Shown here piece after piece: positions 19,383 through 29,737 of a stretch of DNA of 64,000 nt (position 1 is its first letter; each line of letters starts with the position of its first letter). Source of the stretch: a virus. The position numbers and the translations under genes were made by a program. Location of the stretch: IMG/VR virus record IMGVR_UViG_3300017714_002439; one strand, written 5' to 3'. Under the pieces are notes generated by a model, which was not told the DNA's origin, did not search any database, and saw only the letters and a program-made list of their open reading frames with translations.

Positions 19383-20141
19383 ATGGAATTACAACAATTA
19401 AAAGAAAACAAACTTTCAACACTCAAGCGTGTGCTTGATGATGTTTTTAGTTTGAAGTTAGATTTTAATGCTCCTAGTTCAAAACTAGAGGCTATTAAAG
19501 AGTCTACACAACGAAAAATTACAGATCTTCGTGAAAACGGTCAAGACGTTAGTAACAAAGATTTTCAAAAGCTACTACTAATTGCGGAAGGAATGGATAT
19601 GGCAATAGAAAAAAAGAAGCTAGAAGAATCAGCTGATTTAGATCAAGCTGAAGTCTTATTAGCCGCAAAGCAAATGGCAGATGATTTACAAAAAATGGCT
19701 GAAAACTTAGCAAGTATGCAAGTTGAGGACTTAATGAGTATTCATAATGCTATGAAAGAACAAGTTGGAACAGCAGAAGCAGACGCATTTAATTCAAGTG
19801 CCGAAGCGGCTATTGGCTCAGCTCTAGAGGCAGTTAAATCTGCTAATGAGCAAGTTGGTAATGCAGTGTTAACAGCTCAAGGAATGGCACCAGAAACATC
19901 AGACATGGATATGCCTGTAGAACCAGAAGGCGACCTAGGTTTAGATGCACCAATGGACGAACCAGCAATGGATGACGATTTTGGTGGTGCAGACGCAGCC
20001 GAAGTTGATACAGACATGGACGGACGTGAGATGAAAGAAGATGCATATTTGGCAGCAGTTCGCACAATTAAAGAAGCACAAGCTGAAGGCAAAGTTTCTC
20101 CAAGTATTCTTAAGCAAGCATTTGCACAGTTAAAGAAGTAA
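19383..20141 (+). CDS. Acidic helical protein, possible prohead core/scaffold
   Basis: TAAATA promoter; Ala/Glu/Asp/Met-rich; function inferred. Confidence 0.45.
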   Translation: MELQQLKENKLSTLKRVLDDVFSLKLDFNAPSSKLEAIKESTQRKITDLRENGQDVSNKDFQKLLLIAEGMDMAIEKKKLEESADLDQAEVLLAAKQMADDLQKMAENLASMQVEDLMSIHNAMKEQVGTAEADAFNSSAEAAIGSALEAVKSANEQVGNAVLTAQGMAPETSDMDMPVEPEGDLGLDAPMDEPAMDDDFGGADAAEVDTDMDGREMKEDAYLAAVRTIKEAQAEGKVSPSILKQAFAQLKK

Positions 20142-20144
20142 AAA

Positions 20145-20444
20145 ATGAGGTATAACGATTTGATAAGGCATACTCTAATAGATATGTTGTCAGTATTGAC
20201 AGCAGAAGAAGCCACATCAGTATCGTTAGAAACATTAGAAAAAACATTAGATGCACAAAACATGCATGTCGATGAGCAAGAACTACGTGAATTACTTGAC
20301 ACTATCCCCATTGTAAACACAGTCAAGGATAATGTAGTTTTCTTTAACAACGACGGAGATGTTGATGCACCAGATCCAGAAAAGCAAGATAAAACAGTTG
20401 CAAAACTGGCCAAGAAAAAAGTAGATAAAGAGATGAGCAAATGA
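20145..20444 (+). CDS. Hypothetical protein
   Basis: Coupled ORF. Confidence 0.6.
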   Translation: MRYNDLIRHTLIDMLSVLTAEEATSVSLETLEKTLDAQNMHVDEQELRELLDTIPIVNTVKDNVVFFNNDGDVDAPDPEKQDKTVAKLAKKKVDKEMSK

Positions 20445-21058
20445 ACATAGGATTAAATGCAGCACAGGCAAGAGCAAAAAGTTCACAAGATATGATTGTA
20501 TTCGACGAATGCACGTCGATTATGAAAGCCGTTATTACTCATAGTGCAGCAGGCAGTTACGATACATATGTATCAGACTCTACCACAATGACAGAGTCTA
20601 CACCATCTACAACTAAAATTGGCACAACAAATAATCCTACAGTATCAGTTGGCGATACTTTTATTATTAATGGAACTACAATCACATTAGGTTCTTCAGG
20701 AACAAATTTAAATTCTGTTATAGCAGATATAAATGATGCTTCAGTTACAGGTGTAACTGCAAGTAAAGATGCAGGATACTTAGTATTAACTATTGTATTA
20801 CCAGCATCAACAACATGGTCATATGAAATAGGATCAGGAACGGCCAATACTGCATTAGGTTTTACAGATGGCATATATGTCCCTCCCACACCTAGTAGCA
20901 CTACCTATTTTACATCATGGCAAGGCACTATCACAGATAGAGCTTTAGAAAATCAAATGAATTCAGTTATTAAATATTTTAATAACTTGGGTTATAAATT
21001 AGAAAGACTAACTAACTCAGCTACAGGAAAAACATTCAAGTGGCATATATATTGGTAA
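20441..21058 (+). CDS. Probable virion structural protein
   Basis: Thr/Ser/Gly-rich; TFIINGTTITL...VIADIN...GVTAS motif seen in tail/flagellin-hook-like repeats. Confidence 0.55.
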   Translation: MNIGLNAAQARAKSSQDMIVFDECTSIMKAVITHSAAGSYDTYVSDSTTMTESTPSTTKIGTTNNPTVSVGDTFIINGTTITLGSSGTNLNSVIADINDASVTGVTASKDAGYLVLTIVLPASTTWSYEIGSGTANTALGFTDGIYVPPTPSSTTYFTSWQGTITDRALENQMNSVIKYFNNLGYKLERLTNSATGKTFKWHIYW

Positions 21059-21074
21059 TTAAAGGAGCATAACA

Positions 21075-21377
21075 ATGGCACACAAATATACATTTAAAGT
21101 AACACCGACCGCACTAGTAAGAGATGAGACGGGCGTTGCAGACGAAGATCAAAACCTAACACCAGAAGCAATCGCAATTCACGATCAATTCGTTGCAGAA
21201 GGAAAAGTAACAGGTCAAGCTCAATCAGAAGAAAAAGAAGAAGATGGAAGCTATGTCCAAAGTATTACATTTTTAGATTCAGCAACATGTGATGAATACT
21301 TAGCAGCAATGGCAGGTATTGGCGAAGTTGAAAGAAGTGGTGCATCAAGATCAGATCATTCTAGAGAAGACGTTTAA
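21075..21377 (+). CDS. Acidic hypothetical protein
   Basis: AAGGAG SD. Confidence 0.6.
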   Translation: MAHKYTFKVTPTALVRDETGVADEDQNLTPEAIAIHDQFVAEGKVTGQAQSEEKEEDGSYVQSITFLDSATCDEYLAAMAGIGEVERSGASRSDHSREDV

Positions 21378-21399
21378 TTAACACCTGGAGCGGCAACTG

Positions 21400-22164
21400 A
21401 TGTCTTACGACCTTCAAAATAGTATAGACGCAGTAAATAGATCAAAGATTTGTGCGAGAAACTATGCTGATAAAGAAGTCCCAGAAGAACTCATTGAGCA
21501 TCTTCTAAAAGTCGCTACAGGCGGCCCATATAAACAAGGCAGACGATGGTTTGATTTATATGCTATAACAAACAAAGAAAAATGTCTAGAACTCTGGAAG
21601 CACACAGCTCGTCCAGATGAAGACACTCAATTATTAAGAACCTCCAGAAAAAATAGAGACGGAACTGAAGCAACTTTTATTGGTAATGCACAGGTATTAG
21701 CACCAGTATTGTTTGTGTTTACAGTGCCAGAAAAACCTACTCCAGACTATCCAATAGATGAGTGGTATGAGCCATCTAAAGAAATGCAACGAGCAGAAGA
21801 ATATCAAAATCAAAATTTAGCCATAGGTAGTTCAATGGGTATGTTGGTATTTGAGGCTAATAGGACAGGACTACAAACAGGCTGTTGTGTATGTTATGAT
21901 GCAGACGCTATTACAACACAATTTAAAAGATATGTCCTACACAAAAATAAAAATATACATGAGGTTATGCTTATGGTAGGAGTAGGATATCCAGAATTAC
22001 CATGGTCTGAAAAAGATAACTATACTAATACTGGAACTGAACAAGAACCTAAATATGCACATAATCCACAATGGCAAATGAGAGAACATCCTTTGTCAGA
22101 AAGTCGATACGATCCACCTGATTCTAATCTAAGAGATAATCCAAGAACACAAAGAATTTATTAA
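21400..22164 (+). CDS. Nitroreductase-family protein
   Basis: RSKICARNYADKEVP..., ATGGP.KQ, GLQTGCC, LMVGVGY. Confidence 0.7.
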   Translation: MSYDLQNSIDAVNRSKICARNYADKEVPEELIEHLLKVATGGPYKQGRRWFDLYAITNKEKCLELWKHTARPDEDTQLLRTSRKNRDGTEATFIGNAQVLAPVLFVFTVPEKPTPDYPIDEWYEPSKEMQRAEEYQNQNLAIGSSMGMLVFEANRTGLQTGCCVCYDADAITTQFKRYVLHKNKNIHEVMLMVGVGYPELPWSEKDNYTNTGTEQEPKYAHNPQWQMREHPLSESRYDPPDSNLRDNPRTQRIY

Positions 22165-23048
22165 TGCAAGAAAAAAAGATAGCCTTTATTGGCTGTAGTC
22201 ACTTAGCTACACATGATCAGCCAACACAGCAGAAAAATAATTGGACTTATCAATTATATCAAAAATATCCACATCATCAATATAGAAGCTACGCTTTAGG
22301 CGGACAAGGAATAGAACAATTTCAATGGCATTTATTAGATGCTAAAAAATGGGGTGCAGATATTGTATTCATGAATAGAACATATCTAGGTCGTTGGGCA
22401 ATGTTAACGCAAGCCGAAGGCAATCTATGTGGTGAATTTGAATATGTTTCTAACGAAAAATTTGAAGAAGATAATTGGTCAGAAATGTTAGCCAGGTATG
22501 AGTGTTATTGGGGAACAATTAAAGATGATATAAGATATAAGAGAGCTGCGCCGCCGGCTCCTCAACAAATATATTATGATGACTCAGATGCAAGAATTCT
22601 ATGCGATAAACTTAATACGCATCAGCCATATTGGAGATTACATTCAGGATCACAAACACGATTGAAATGGGAACTTGAATGGTATTCAAATATAGAGAGA
22701 TTATATAATTTTGATAATTTATTTTTATTAGATTGGGCAGCAGGTAGCCATCAAGTACCAAAAGAATATGCTGATAAGCACAACTATAAATTAGGTCCTG
22801 ATCCATATGAAGAAATTGAAGATGGTAAAACAATAGAGCATTATTCAATTTATACCTCAACTACATGGGATATGCCAGTAGAAGATTGGTTTTATAAAAA
22901 ATATAAACTTAATATACACAAGGGTGATAAGTTATGGAAAATTGGTATACAAACATCAATAACAGATAATCATTTTAGTCCAAGAGGAAATACAGAATTA
23001 CTTAACGAATATATTTTAACTAATAAAAAAGTTCTAGATGTGTTATAG
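22164..23048 (+). CDS. SGNH-like protein, paralog of 4827..5546
   Basis: KIAFIGCSH, QKYPHHQY, DAK...DIVF, TDNHFSPRGN shared with the paralog. Confidence 0.6.
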   Translation: MQEKKIAFIGCSHLATHDQPTQQKNNWTYQLYQKYPHHQYRSYALGGQGIEQFQWHLLDAKKWGADIVFMNRTYLGRWAMLTQAEGNLCGEFEYVSNEKFEEDNWSEMLARYECYWGTIKDDIRYKRAAPPAPQQIYYDDSDARILCDKLNTHQPYWRLHSGSQTRLKWELEWYSNIERLYNFDNLFLLDWAAGSHQVPKEYADKHNYKLGPDPYEEIEDGKTIEHYSIYTSTTWDMPVEDWFYKKYKLNIHKGDKLWKIGIQTSITDNHFSPRGNTELLNEYILTNKKVLDVL

Positions 23049-23050
23049 TA

Positions 23051-23695
23051 ATGAAGTTAATCTTACATCAAAGTAAATCTATTAAATCTAACAATTCTAC
23101 ATTTCCAAGATGGGTGTATGATTGTGATACACATATACTTAAAATTATTCCAAATGGAACTTCCGCTTTATTCACAGCAGAACAGCTAAACAAAAATGCT
23201 AATGTAATTAATGAAACATTAGGTTTTAAATATTTTTATGGTATTGAAACTGTTGATAATTTTATCCACATGAATATCCACAAATTGGATAATGCAAATT
23301 ACAATCATACTATTAAAGAAGATTTTTTAGAAATGTTAGATATATGGATAGATATAAATCTGAAAATATTTCCATTATGTAATGTTGATATTAATGAAAA
23401 TAATATTAGGCTATATAAAGATAAGCCTGTATTAATTGATTGGGATGATGCATTACAAGGTAATAAGCATACAGCATTTTATATTATAGCAGAATTATAT
23501 AGGCATTGTATGGTATTTTTAGATCAACAAGAAGTTGTTGATTGTATACAACACCGCATACAATCAACTTGTTTAGAAATTGATATAAAACAATGGGATT
23601 GGATAATCAATAACTACCAACTTCGCGGATATGACTTTGAAAAAGTTTTGCATTGGAGTGAACTTCCTGACAGTTGGTTACTTAAAAAAGATTGA
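23051..23695 (+). CDS. Protein-kinase-like/APH-fold phosphotransferase
   Basis: NVDINENNI (HxDxxxxN-like) and VLIDWD (DFG-like). Confidence 0.5.
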   Translation: MKLILHQSKSIKSNNSTFPRWVYDCDTHILKIIPNGTSALFTAEQLNKNANVINETLGFKYFYGIETVDNFIHMNIHKLDNANYNHTIKEDFLEMLDIWIDINLKIFPLCNVDINENNIRLYKDKPVLIDWDDALQGNKHTAFYIIAELYRHCMVFLDQQEVVDCIQHRIQSTCLEIDIKQWDWIINNYQLRGYDFEKVLHWSELPDSWLLKKD

Positions 23696-23720
23696 CAACA
23701 TAAAGGTTTTAGTGTAACAT
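23692..23720 (+). promoter_or_regulatory. sigma70 promoter, leaderless spacing to exonuclease
   Basis: TTGACA-N17-TAACAT-N6-ATG, no SD. Confidence 0.75.
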
Positions 23721-23726
23721 ATAAGC

Positions 23727-24419
23727 ATGGCTGAATTAATCAAAATCTACGACTATAAAGAACTAAAGCGTCAAAGTGTAGACGGAAAGCGTCTATATGA
23801 AAATCCATATGGCGACCCAGTTCCAAGTGTCACAACAATTTTAGGTGCTACACAACCAGCAGAAAAGCGACAAGCATTAGCTAACTGGCGTAAACGTGTT
23901 GGAACAGAAGAAGCACAACGCATTACTACAACTGCCGCAAATCGTGGAACAGTTATGCACAATATATTAGAACATTGGGCATTGGGAGAATACGAAACAT
24001 ATAATCCTGGAAACAATATTGTTCATAGACAAGCCAAAGATATGGCACAAGTTGTTATTGAAAATATAGAAAATGATATTGATGAAATTTGGGGCACAGA
24101 AGTAAACTTATGTGCGGCAAATCTATATGCAGGAACAACAGATTTAGTTGGCATGTATAAAGGCAAGCCAACTATTATGGACTTTAAACAAACCAACAAA
24201 CCTAAAAAGCGTGAATGGATTGATGATTATTTCCTACAGGGTGCTGCATATGGATTAGCACACAACGAAATGTTTGGAACAGATATTAAGAATATTGCTA
24301 TTTTTATGTGCAGTGGAGATTGCGAATGGCAGTTGTTTGAGTCAGAAGAAGATGAATTTTCTTATTGGGCAACGCAATGGGCTAAAAGATTAGAGAAGTT
24401 TTATGGCATGTCTTCATAA
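23727..24419 (+). CDS. PD-(D/E)xK exonuclease (RecB/Cas4-like fold)
   Basis: PSVTTIL, GTVMH, YAGTTDL, IMDFKQ, QGAAY. Confidence 0.85.
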   Translation: MAELIKIYDYKELKRQSVDGKRLYENPYGDPVPSVTTILGATQPAEKRQALANWRKRVGTEEAQRITTTAANRGTVMHNILEHWALGEYETYNPGNNIVHRQAKDMAQVVIENIENDIDEIWGTEVNLCAANLYAGTTDLVGMYKGKPTIMDFKQTNKPKKREWIDDYFLQGAAYGLAHNEMFGTDIKNIAIFMCSGDCEWQLFESEEDEFSYWATQWAKRLEKFYGMSS

Positions 24420-24447
24420 ATACAGTATATAGAAACGAGGAACAATT

Positions 24448-25218
24448 ATGGCAATAACAACAAAAGTATCGCAGATTATTATTAGAAAAGATAACGCCTC
24501 TGCAATTCCTACTTTAGGAGCAGGCGAATTTATGCTTGCGGAAGATGAACAAAGACTTTTTCTAGGACAAGCACCAGTAACAGGTGTTGTAGAAAGTTCA
24601 ACCACTACTAATGCAAGTGTATCATTTGCAGTTCCAATTGGTGGAATCTCTACTCCGTTATATCTAAGTAATTTAGCAGACTATTCAATTGTTGTAACCA
24701 AAGCCGCAGATTCCTCAACAACTACAATTGCATCAAATAACGTAACAGTAAGTGATGCAGATGGAGAAGGTAGCAACCCACCAATTTATACATTTGCTCA
24801 TGGACTAGGCGGAGCAGTTGCAGGTGGTGACACATTTGTATTGCATTACAATAAAGAAATAACAAGTTCACCAACAGACGACAGAGTTAAAAGAAATACT
24901 ATAAAATTTACTAACACTGGCAATCAAACTGAAACAACAGGTATTAATTTTTCTAGTGCTGTTGTAAATGATATTAGTATTGATTATGCATTGTTTAATG
25001 CAACACATATGCGTAAAGGAACATTAAGTGTTCTAGTTAATGGAAATACAGCCAGTAATATTGAAGACAAGTTTTTTGGCGACAATGAACTAACTGATGT
25101 TGAATTTTCACTAACAAATAATGGATCAGGAACATTTACATTAAAATTTAAGACAGCATTAACTACTGAATTACAATTTAACTATACACAGACTGCATCA
25201 AAGTTCGTTACAACGTAA
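24448..25218 (+). CDS. Tail fibre/baseplate-associated structural protein
   Basis: QIIIRK...PTLGAGEF...RLFLG N-terminal motif of tail-fibre proteins; TAAATA promoter and GAGG SD. Confidence 0.6.
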   Translation: MAITTKVSQIIIRKDNASAIPTLGAGEFMLAEDEQRLFLGQAPVTGVVESSTTTNASVSFAVPIGGISTPLYLSNLADYSIVVTKAADSSTTTIASNNVTVSDADGEGSNPPIYTFAHGLGGAVAGGDTFVLHYNKEITSSPTDDRVKRNTIKFTNTGNQTETTGINFSSAVVNDISIDYALFNATHMRKGTLSVLVNGNTASNIEDKFFGDNELTDVEFSLTNNGSGTFTLKFKTALTTELQFNYTQTASKFVTT

Positions 25219-25227
25219 GATAATAAT

Positions 25228-25662
25228 ATGAACGAATTTTGGCAGTGTTCGCCAAAGCAACGTCTTAGTTTGTGGAGGCAATTCCGAAAAACTTTAGCGA
25301 GTATGGAATATCTAGAAAGACTACAAGAAGTCGTAGACTTTTGGAGAATGGCACCTATGTCTAGTATGCATACAGACATATATGATTCCTCTACTTGGTT
25401 AGGTCCTTGGGATTTTATATGGAATGGCGAATACGATGAAAATAGTGTAGCGTTAGGAATAGCGTATACATTACAGTTAGAAAGTTATTCACAATGTGAA
25501 ATTTGGTTAGTGCAAAACACTAAAAAAAGTTATATTAACTTAATAGTTTCTGTTGACAACAAGCATATTCTAAACTATAATTATGGTATAGTAAATAGTA
25601 TAAATGATCTAAATGAAGACACAACTATTTTACAAAAAACACAGGTTAGCACGTTAACATAA
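25228..25662 (+). CDS. Hypothetical protein
   Basis: Intact ORF. Confidence 0.65.
   Translation: MNEFWQCSPKQRLSLWRQFRKTLASMEYLERLQEVVDFWRMAPMSSMHTDIYDSSTWLGPWDFIWNGEYDENSVALGIAYTLQLESYSQCEIWLVQNTKKSYINLIVSVDNKHILNYNYGIVNSINDLNEDTTILQKTQVSTLT
25553..25581 (+). promoter_or_regulatory. Consensus sigma70 promoter inside CDS, upstream of nrdA
   Basis: TTGACA-N17-TATAAT. Confidence 0.65.
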
Positions 25663-25720
25663 CACTTTATACTTTTAGTGTTTATGTAAATAACTAATAC
25701 GCTAACTAAAGAATGGAAAG

Positions 25721-28045
25721 ATGATGACAAATAATATTACAGTTATTAAACGTGATCAAACTAGCGAACAGCTTGATCTAGAAAAAATGCACAAGGTAGT
25801 ATTTTACGCATGTGAAGGAATCACAGGAGTAAGTGCAAGTGAAGTAGAATTAAAAAGTCATTTGCAATTTTATAATGGAATTGAAAGTGCAAATATTCAA
25901 GAAACATTAATTAAAGCAGCCGCAGATCTCATTGAAGAAGAAACACCAAATTACCAATGGGTTGCAGGCAGACTTATCAATTATCATTTACGTAAAGAAG
26001 TATATGGCAAGTTTGAACCATGTAGTCTTAATGAAATTGCTAAACGTAATGTAGAATTAGGTTATTACGATAAAAGTTTTTTTGCCGTTTATAACCCCGA
26101 AGAAATTTTTCAGCTTGATAGTTATATTAGACACGAACGTGATGAGAATATTGCATTCGCAGGAATGGAACAATTTAGAGGAAAGTATCTAGTTCAAAAC
26201 AGAGTAACAGGTGAAATATACGAAACACCACAAATAGCATACATGATGATTTCAGCAACATTGTTTGCTAACTACCCTCAAAAAGTAAGAATGAAATATG
26301 TAAAGGATTTTTATGACGCTATTAGTAATTTCGATATTAGTTTACCTACTCCTATTATGGCCGGACTACGCACACCACAACGTCAATTCAGTAGTTGCGT
26401 TCTTATTGAAACCGACGACAGTCTTGATAGTATTAATGCTACTTCTAGTAGTATTGTAAAGTATGTCAGTCAAAAGGCTGGTATAGGTATTGGCGCAGGG
26501 TCTATTCGTGCCATTAACTCACCAATTAGAAATGGTGATGCAAGTCACACAGGTGTAATTCCTTTTTATAAAATGTTTCAAAGTGCGGTTAAATCATGTA
26601 GCCAAGGTGGTGTCCGTGGTGGAGCGGCAACTTTGTATTATCCAATATGGCATTTAGAAGTTGAAGATCTTTTAGTATTAAAAAATAATAAAGGAACAGA
26701 AGATAACCGTGTTAGACACATGGACTATGGAGTTCAGTTTAATAAACTTATGTATGAACGTGTATTATCTGGTGGTGACATTACTTTATTCTCACCCAGT
26801 GATGTTCCAGGACTATATGAATCTTTTTTTAGTGATCAAAACAAGTTTAAAGAACTATACGAAACAGCAGAACGCAATACTAGATTGCGTAAAAAAACAG
26901 TTCCAGCAATTGAATTGTTTAGTCAATTTATTGAAGAACGTAAAAACACAGGTCGTGTATACCTAATGAATGTAGATCATGCAAACACACATGGTGCATT
27001 TGTAGAAGACGTAGCACCTGTTAAACAAAGTAATTTATGTTGTGAAATTAATCTACCTACAAAACCACTTAAATCAGTTGAAGACGAAGAAGGCGAAATT
27101 AGTTTATGCACTTTGGCAGCTATCAATTGGGGTAACATTAAAACACCTAAGGACTTTGAACGTGTTTGTAGACTTTCAGTAAGAGCATTAGATGAACTAT
27201 TAACATATCAAAATTATCCAGTAAATGCTGCAGAAATTAGCACAATGAAAAGACGGCCATTAGGTATTGGTATTATTAACTTTGCATACTGGTTAGCTAA
27301 GAATGATTTAAACTATCAAGACATAGATGAGAATGGTCTAGCATTAGTAGACGAGTGGGCAGAAGCATGGAGTTATTATTTAATTAAAGCAAGTGCTGAT
27401 CTGGCCGCTGAACAAGGTGCAATACCCGGAACAAATGAAACAAAGTATGGGCAAGGTATTACACCAAATATGACATACAAAACAGAAGTAGATGAATTAG
27501 TTCCACACAAAGAACGTATGCCGTGGAAGAGTTTGCGTAAGCAACTACAAAAAACAGGTATAAGAAATAGCACATTAATGGCATTAATGCCAGCTGAAAC
27601 TTCAGCACAAATTAGTAATAGCACAAATGGAGTAGAACCTCCACGTAGCTTAGTAAGTGTTAAACAAAGCAAACATGGTGTTTTAAAGCAAGTAGTTCCA
27701 GGTTTTGCTAGGTTAAAGAATAAATATGACTTACTATGGAATCAAAAATCTCCAGAAGGTTATTTAAAGATTATGGCTGTATTACAAAAATATATCGATC
27801 AAGGTATTAGTGTTAATACAAGTTATAATCCACAGTTTTACGAAGATGACAAGATACCAATGTCAGTAATGATTCAACACTTGTTGATGTTTTACAAATA
27901 TGGTGGAAAACAATTGTATTATTTTAATACATATGATGGGCAAGGCGAACTCAATATAGATGAACTTAATAATTCAGATAGCTTGCCAGAATACGAAGGA
28001 ACATCAGACCTCGATGACGAGGACTGTGATAGTTGTAAGATATAA
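25721..28045 (+). CDS. nrdA: Ribonucleotide reductase class Ia alpha subunit with ATP cone
   Basis: VIKRD ATP cone, FSSC, SNLCCEI, SLCTL, KQLYY, C-terminal CDSC. Confidence 0.97.
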   Translation: MMTNNITVIKRDQTSEQLDLEKMHKVVFYACEGITGVSASEVELKSHLQFYNGIESANIQETLIKAAADLIEEETPNYQWVAGRLINYHLRKEVYGKFEPCSLNEIAKRNVELGYYDKSFFAVYNPEEIFQLDSYIRHERDENIAFAGMEQFRGKYLVQNRVTGEIYETPQIAYMMISATLFANYPQKVRMKYVKDFYDAISNFDISLPTPIMAGLRTPQRQFSSCVLIETDDSLDSINATSSSIVKYVSQKAGIGIGAGSIRAINSPIRNGDASHTGVIPFYKMFQSAVKSCSQGGVRGGAATLYYPIWHLEVEDLLVLKNNKGTEDNRVRHMDYGVQFNKLMYERVLSGGDITLFSPSDVPGLYESFFSDQNKFKELYETAERNTRLRKKTVPAIELFSQFIEERKNTGRVYLMNVDHANTHGAFVEDVAPVKQSNLCCEINLPTKPLKSVEDEEGEISLCTLAAINWGNIKTPKDFERVCRLSVRALDELLTYQNYPVNAAEISTMKRRPLGIGIINFAYWLAKNDLNYQDIDENGLALVDEWAEAWSYYLIKASADLAAEQGAIPGTNETKYGQGITPNMTYKTEVDELVPHKERMPWKSLRKQLQKTGIRNSTLMALMPAETSAQISNSTNGVEPPRSLVSVKQSKHGVLKQVVPGFARLKNKYDLLWNQKSPEGYLKIMAVLQKYIDQGISVNTSYNPQFYEDDKIPMSVMIQHLLMFYKYGGKQLYYFNTYDGQGELNIDELNNSDSLPEYEGTSDLDDEDCDSCKI

Positions 28046-28061
28046 TAGAGAGTAATATAAA

Positions 28062-29195
28062 ATGACATCAGTCTTTAACGCAGACAATAAAACAGACCAT
28101 ACTAAAGCAATGGCTTTTATGGACCCAGCAGGTGCAGTTGCTATTCAGCGATATGACACTATGAAGTATAAACAATTTGACAAGCTAACCGATAAACAGT
28201 TGGGATTCTTTTGGCGTCCTGAGGAAGTTGATGTAACCAAAGATGCAAACGACTTTAAAAACATAACAGAACACGAACGTCATATTTTTACAAGTAATCT
28301 AAAAAGACAAATTTTATTAGATAGTGTTCAAGGTAGAGCACCAGTAGAAGCGTTTGGTCCATTAGTATGTTTACCAGAACTAGAAGCATGGATTCAAACA
28401 TGGACATTTAGTGAAACAATTCATTCACGTTCATATACACATATCATTCGTAATGTATATTCCAATCCAAGTATTGTATTTGATGAAATGATGGATATTC
28501 CAGAAATAATGGATTGTGCAGGAGATATATCAGAGTGCTATGATCAACTTATAGAATTAACTTCTTATTATAACCTACTAGGCGAAGGAACACATACTAT
28601 TAATGGTAAAAAAATTAAAATAAGTAAATATGAAATTAAAAAGTTGTTATATAAAACATTAATGAGTGTAAACATTCTAGAAGGTGTTCGTTTCTATGTA
28701 AGTTTTGCGTGTTCATGGGCATTTGCAGAACTTAAAAAGATGGAAGGTAATGCTAAGATTATTAAACTAATTGCACGTGATGAAAACTTGCACTTAGCAA
28801 GCACACAGTCACTTTTAAAGATTTTACCAAAAGACGATAAAGATTATATTAAGATTGCAAAAGAAACAGAAGATGATTGTATCAAAATGTTTGTTGATGC
28901 AGTAAACCAAGAAAAAGCATGGGCTGAATACTTATTTAAAGACGGCTCAATGATTGGACTTAACACACAATTGCTTAACGATTATATTGAATGGATTGCA
29001 GCAAAACGTATGACGGCTGTAGGATTAAAATGTCCATATAGTATATCACAAGCAAACCCACTACCATGGACACAAAAATGGATCAGCGGTGCAGAAGTGC
29101 AAGTTGCTCCACAAGAAACTGAAATAAGTTCTTATGTTGTTGGTGGTGTTAAACAGGACGTATCGGAAGATACATTTAAAGGATTTAGTTTATGA
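28062..29195 (+). CDS. nrdB: Ribonucleotide reductase class Ia beta subunit
   Basis: FFWRPEEV, ETIHSRSY, LEGVRFY, RDENLH, QETEISSY. Confidence 0.97.
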   Translation: MTSVFNADNKTDHTKAMAFMDPAGAVAIQRYDTMKYKQFDKLTDKQLGFFWRPEEVDVTKDANDFKNITEHERHIFTSNLKRQILLDSVQGRAPVEAFGPLVCLPELEAWIQTWTFSETIHSRSYTHIIRNVYSNPSIVFDEMMDIPEIMDCAGDISECYDQLIELTSYYNLLGEGTHTINGKKIKISKYEIKKLLYKTLMSVNILEGVRFYVSFACSWAFAELKKMEGNAKIIKLIARDENLHLASTQSLLKILPKDDKDYIKIAKETEDDCIKMFVDAVNQEKAWAEYLFKDGSMIGLNTQLLNDYIEWIAAKRMTAVGLKCPYSISQANPLPWTQKWISGAEVQVAPQETEISSYVVGGVKQDVSEDTFKGFSL

Positions 29196-29446
29196 CAATA
29201 CAAATATACGGAAAACCAGTATGCCCTTATTGTGTAAAAGCAAAGGCGTTATGTGAAAGCAGAGGTTTTGAGTATGAATACAAAGAACTAGGAAAAGACT
29301 TTGACCGTGAATTAATTATGGAAGAATTCCCTACAGCAAGAACATTTCCACAGATTGTAATTAACGGTCAAAAGATCGGCGGTTACGATCAGATGGTAAA
29401 ATATATAGAAGACACAAATTTTAACGGAACAGGATATACATTATGA
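29192..29446 (+). CDS. Glutaredoxin
   Basis: CPYC, TFPQI, IGGY. Confidence 0.93.
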   Translation: MTIQIYGKPVCPYCVKAKALCESRGFEYEYKELGKDFDRELIMEEFPTARTFPQIVINGQKIGGYDQMVKYIEDTNFNGTGYTL

Positions 29447-29736
29447 TAATTGAAACATCTTACAAAGTCGGAGACATAGTAAGTATTAAGCTCAACAGCG
29501 GCGAAGAAATGATTGCAAAATTTGAAGAACAAACAGCAACACACATTGTATTAAAGAAACCACTTATTTTAGTGGCGGCAGAAAAAGGCGTCGGCCTATC
29601 ACCATTTATGTTTACAGTTAGCCCAGAAGCTAAAGTGCGTTTGAATATAAATAGTATTATATGTGTAGTTGAATCAGCGAAGGACGCCAGTAATACATAT
29701 ATCTCACAAACAACAGGTATTCATATAGCAAAATAA
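29443..29736 (+). CDS. Small Sm-like/beta-barrel hypothetical protein
   Basis: SIKLNSGEEMIAK pattern. Confidence 0.5.
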   Translation: MIIETSYKVGDIVSIKLNSGEEMIAKFEEQTATHIVLKKPLILVAAEKGVGLSPFMFTVSPEAKVRLNINSIICVVESAKDASNTYISQTTGIHIAK

Positions 29737-29737
29737 T

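Noticed and set aside
23727-24419. Cas4-like nuclease as a sign of a CRISPR system
   Set aside because: No repeat-spacer array or other cas genes in the window; typical phage exonuclease.
25661-25682. AACACT-N10-AGTGTT inverted repeat upstream of nrdA as an NrdR box
   Set aside because: Length and core do not fit the 16-bp NrdR consensus.
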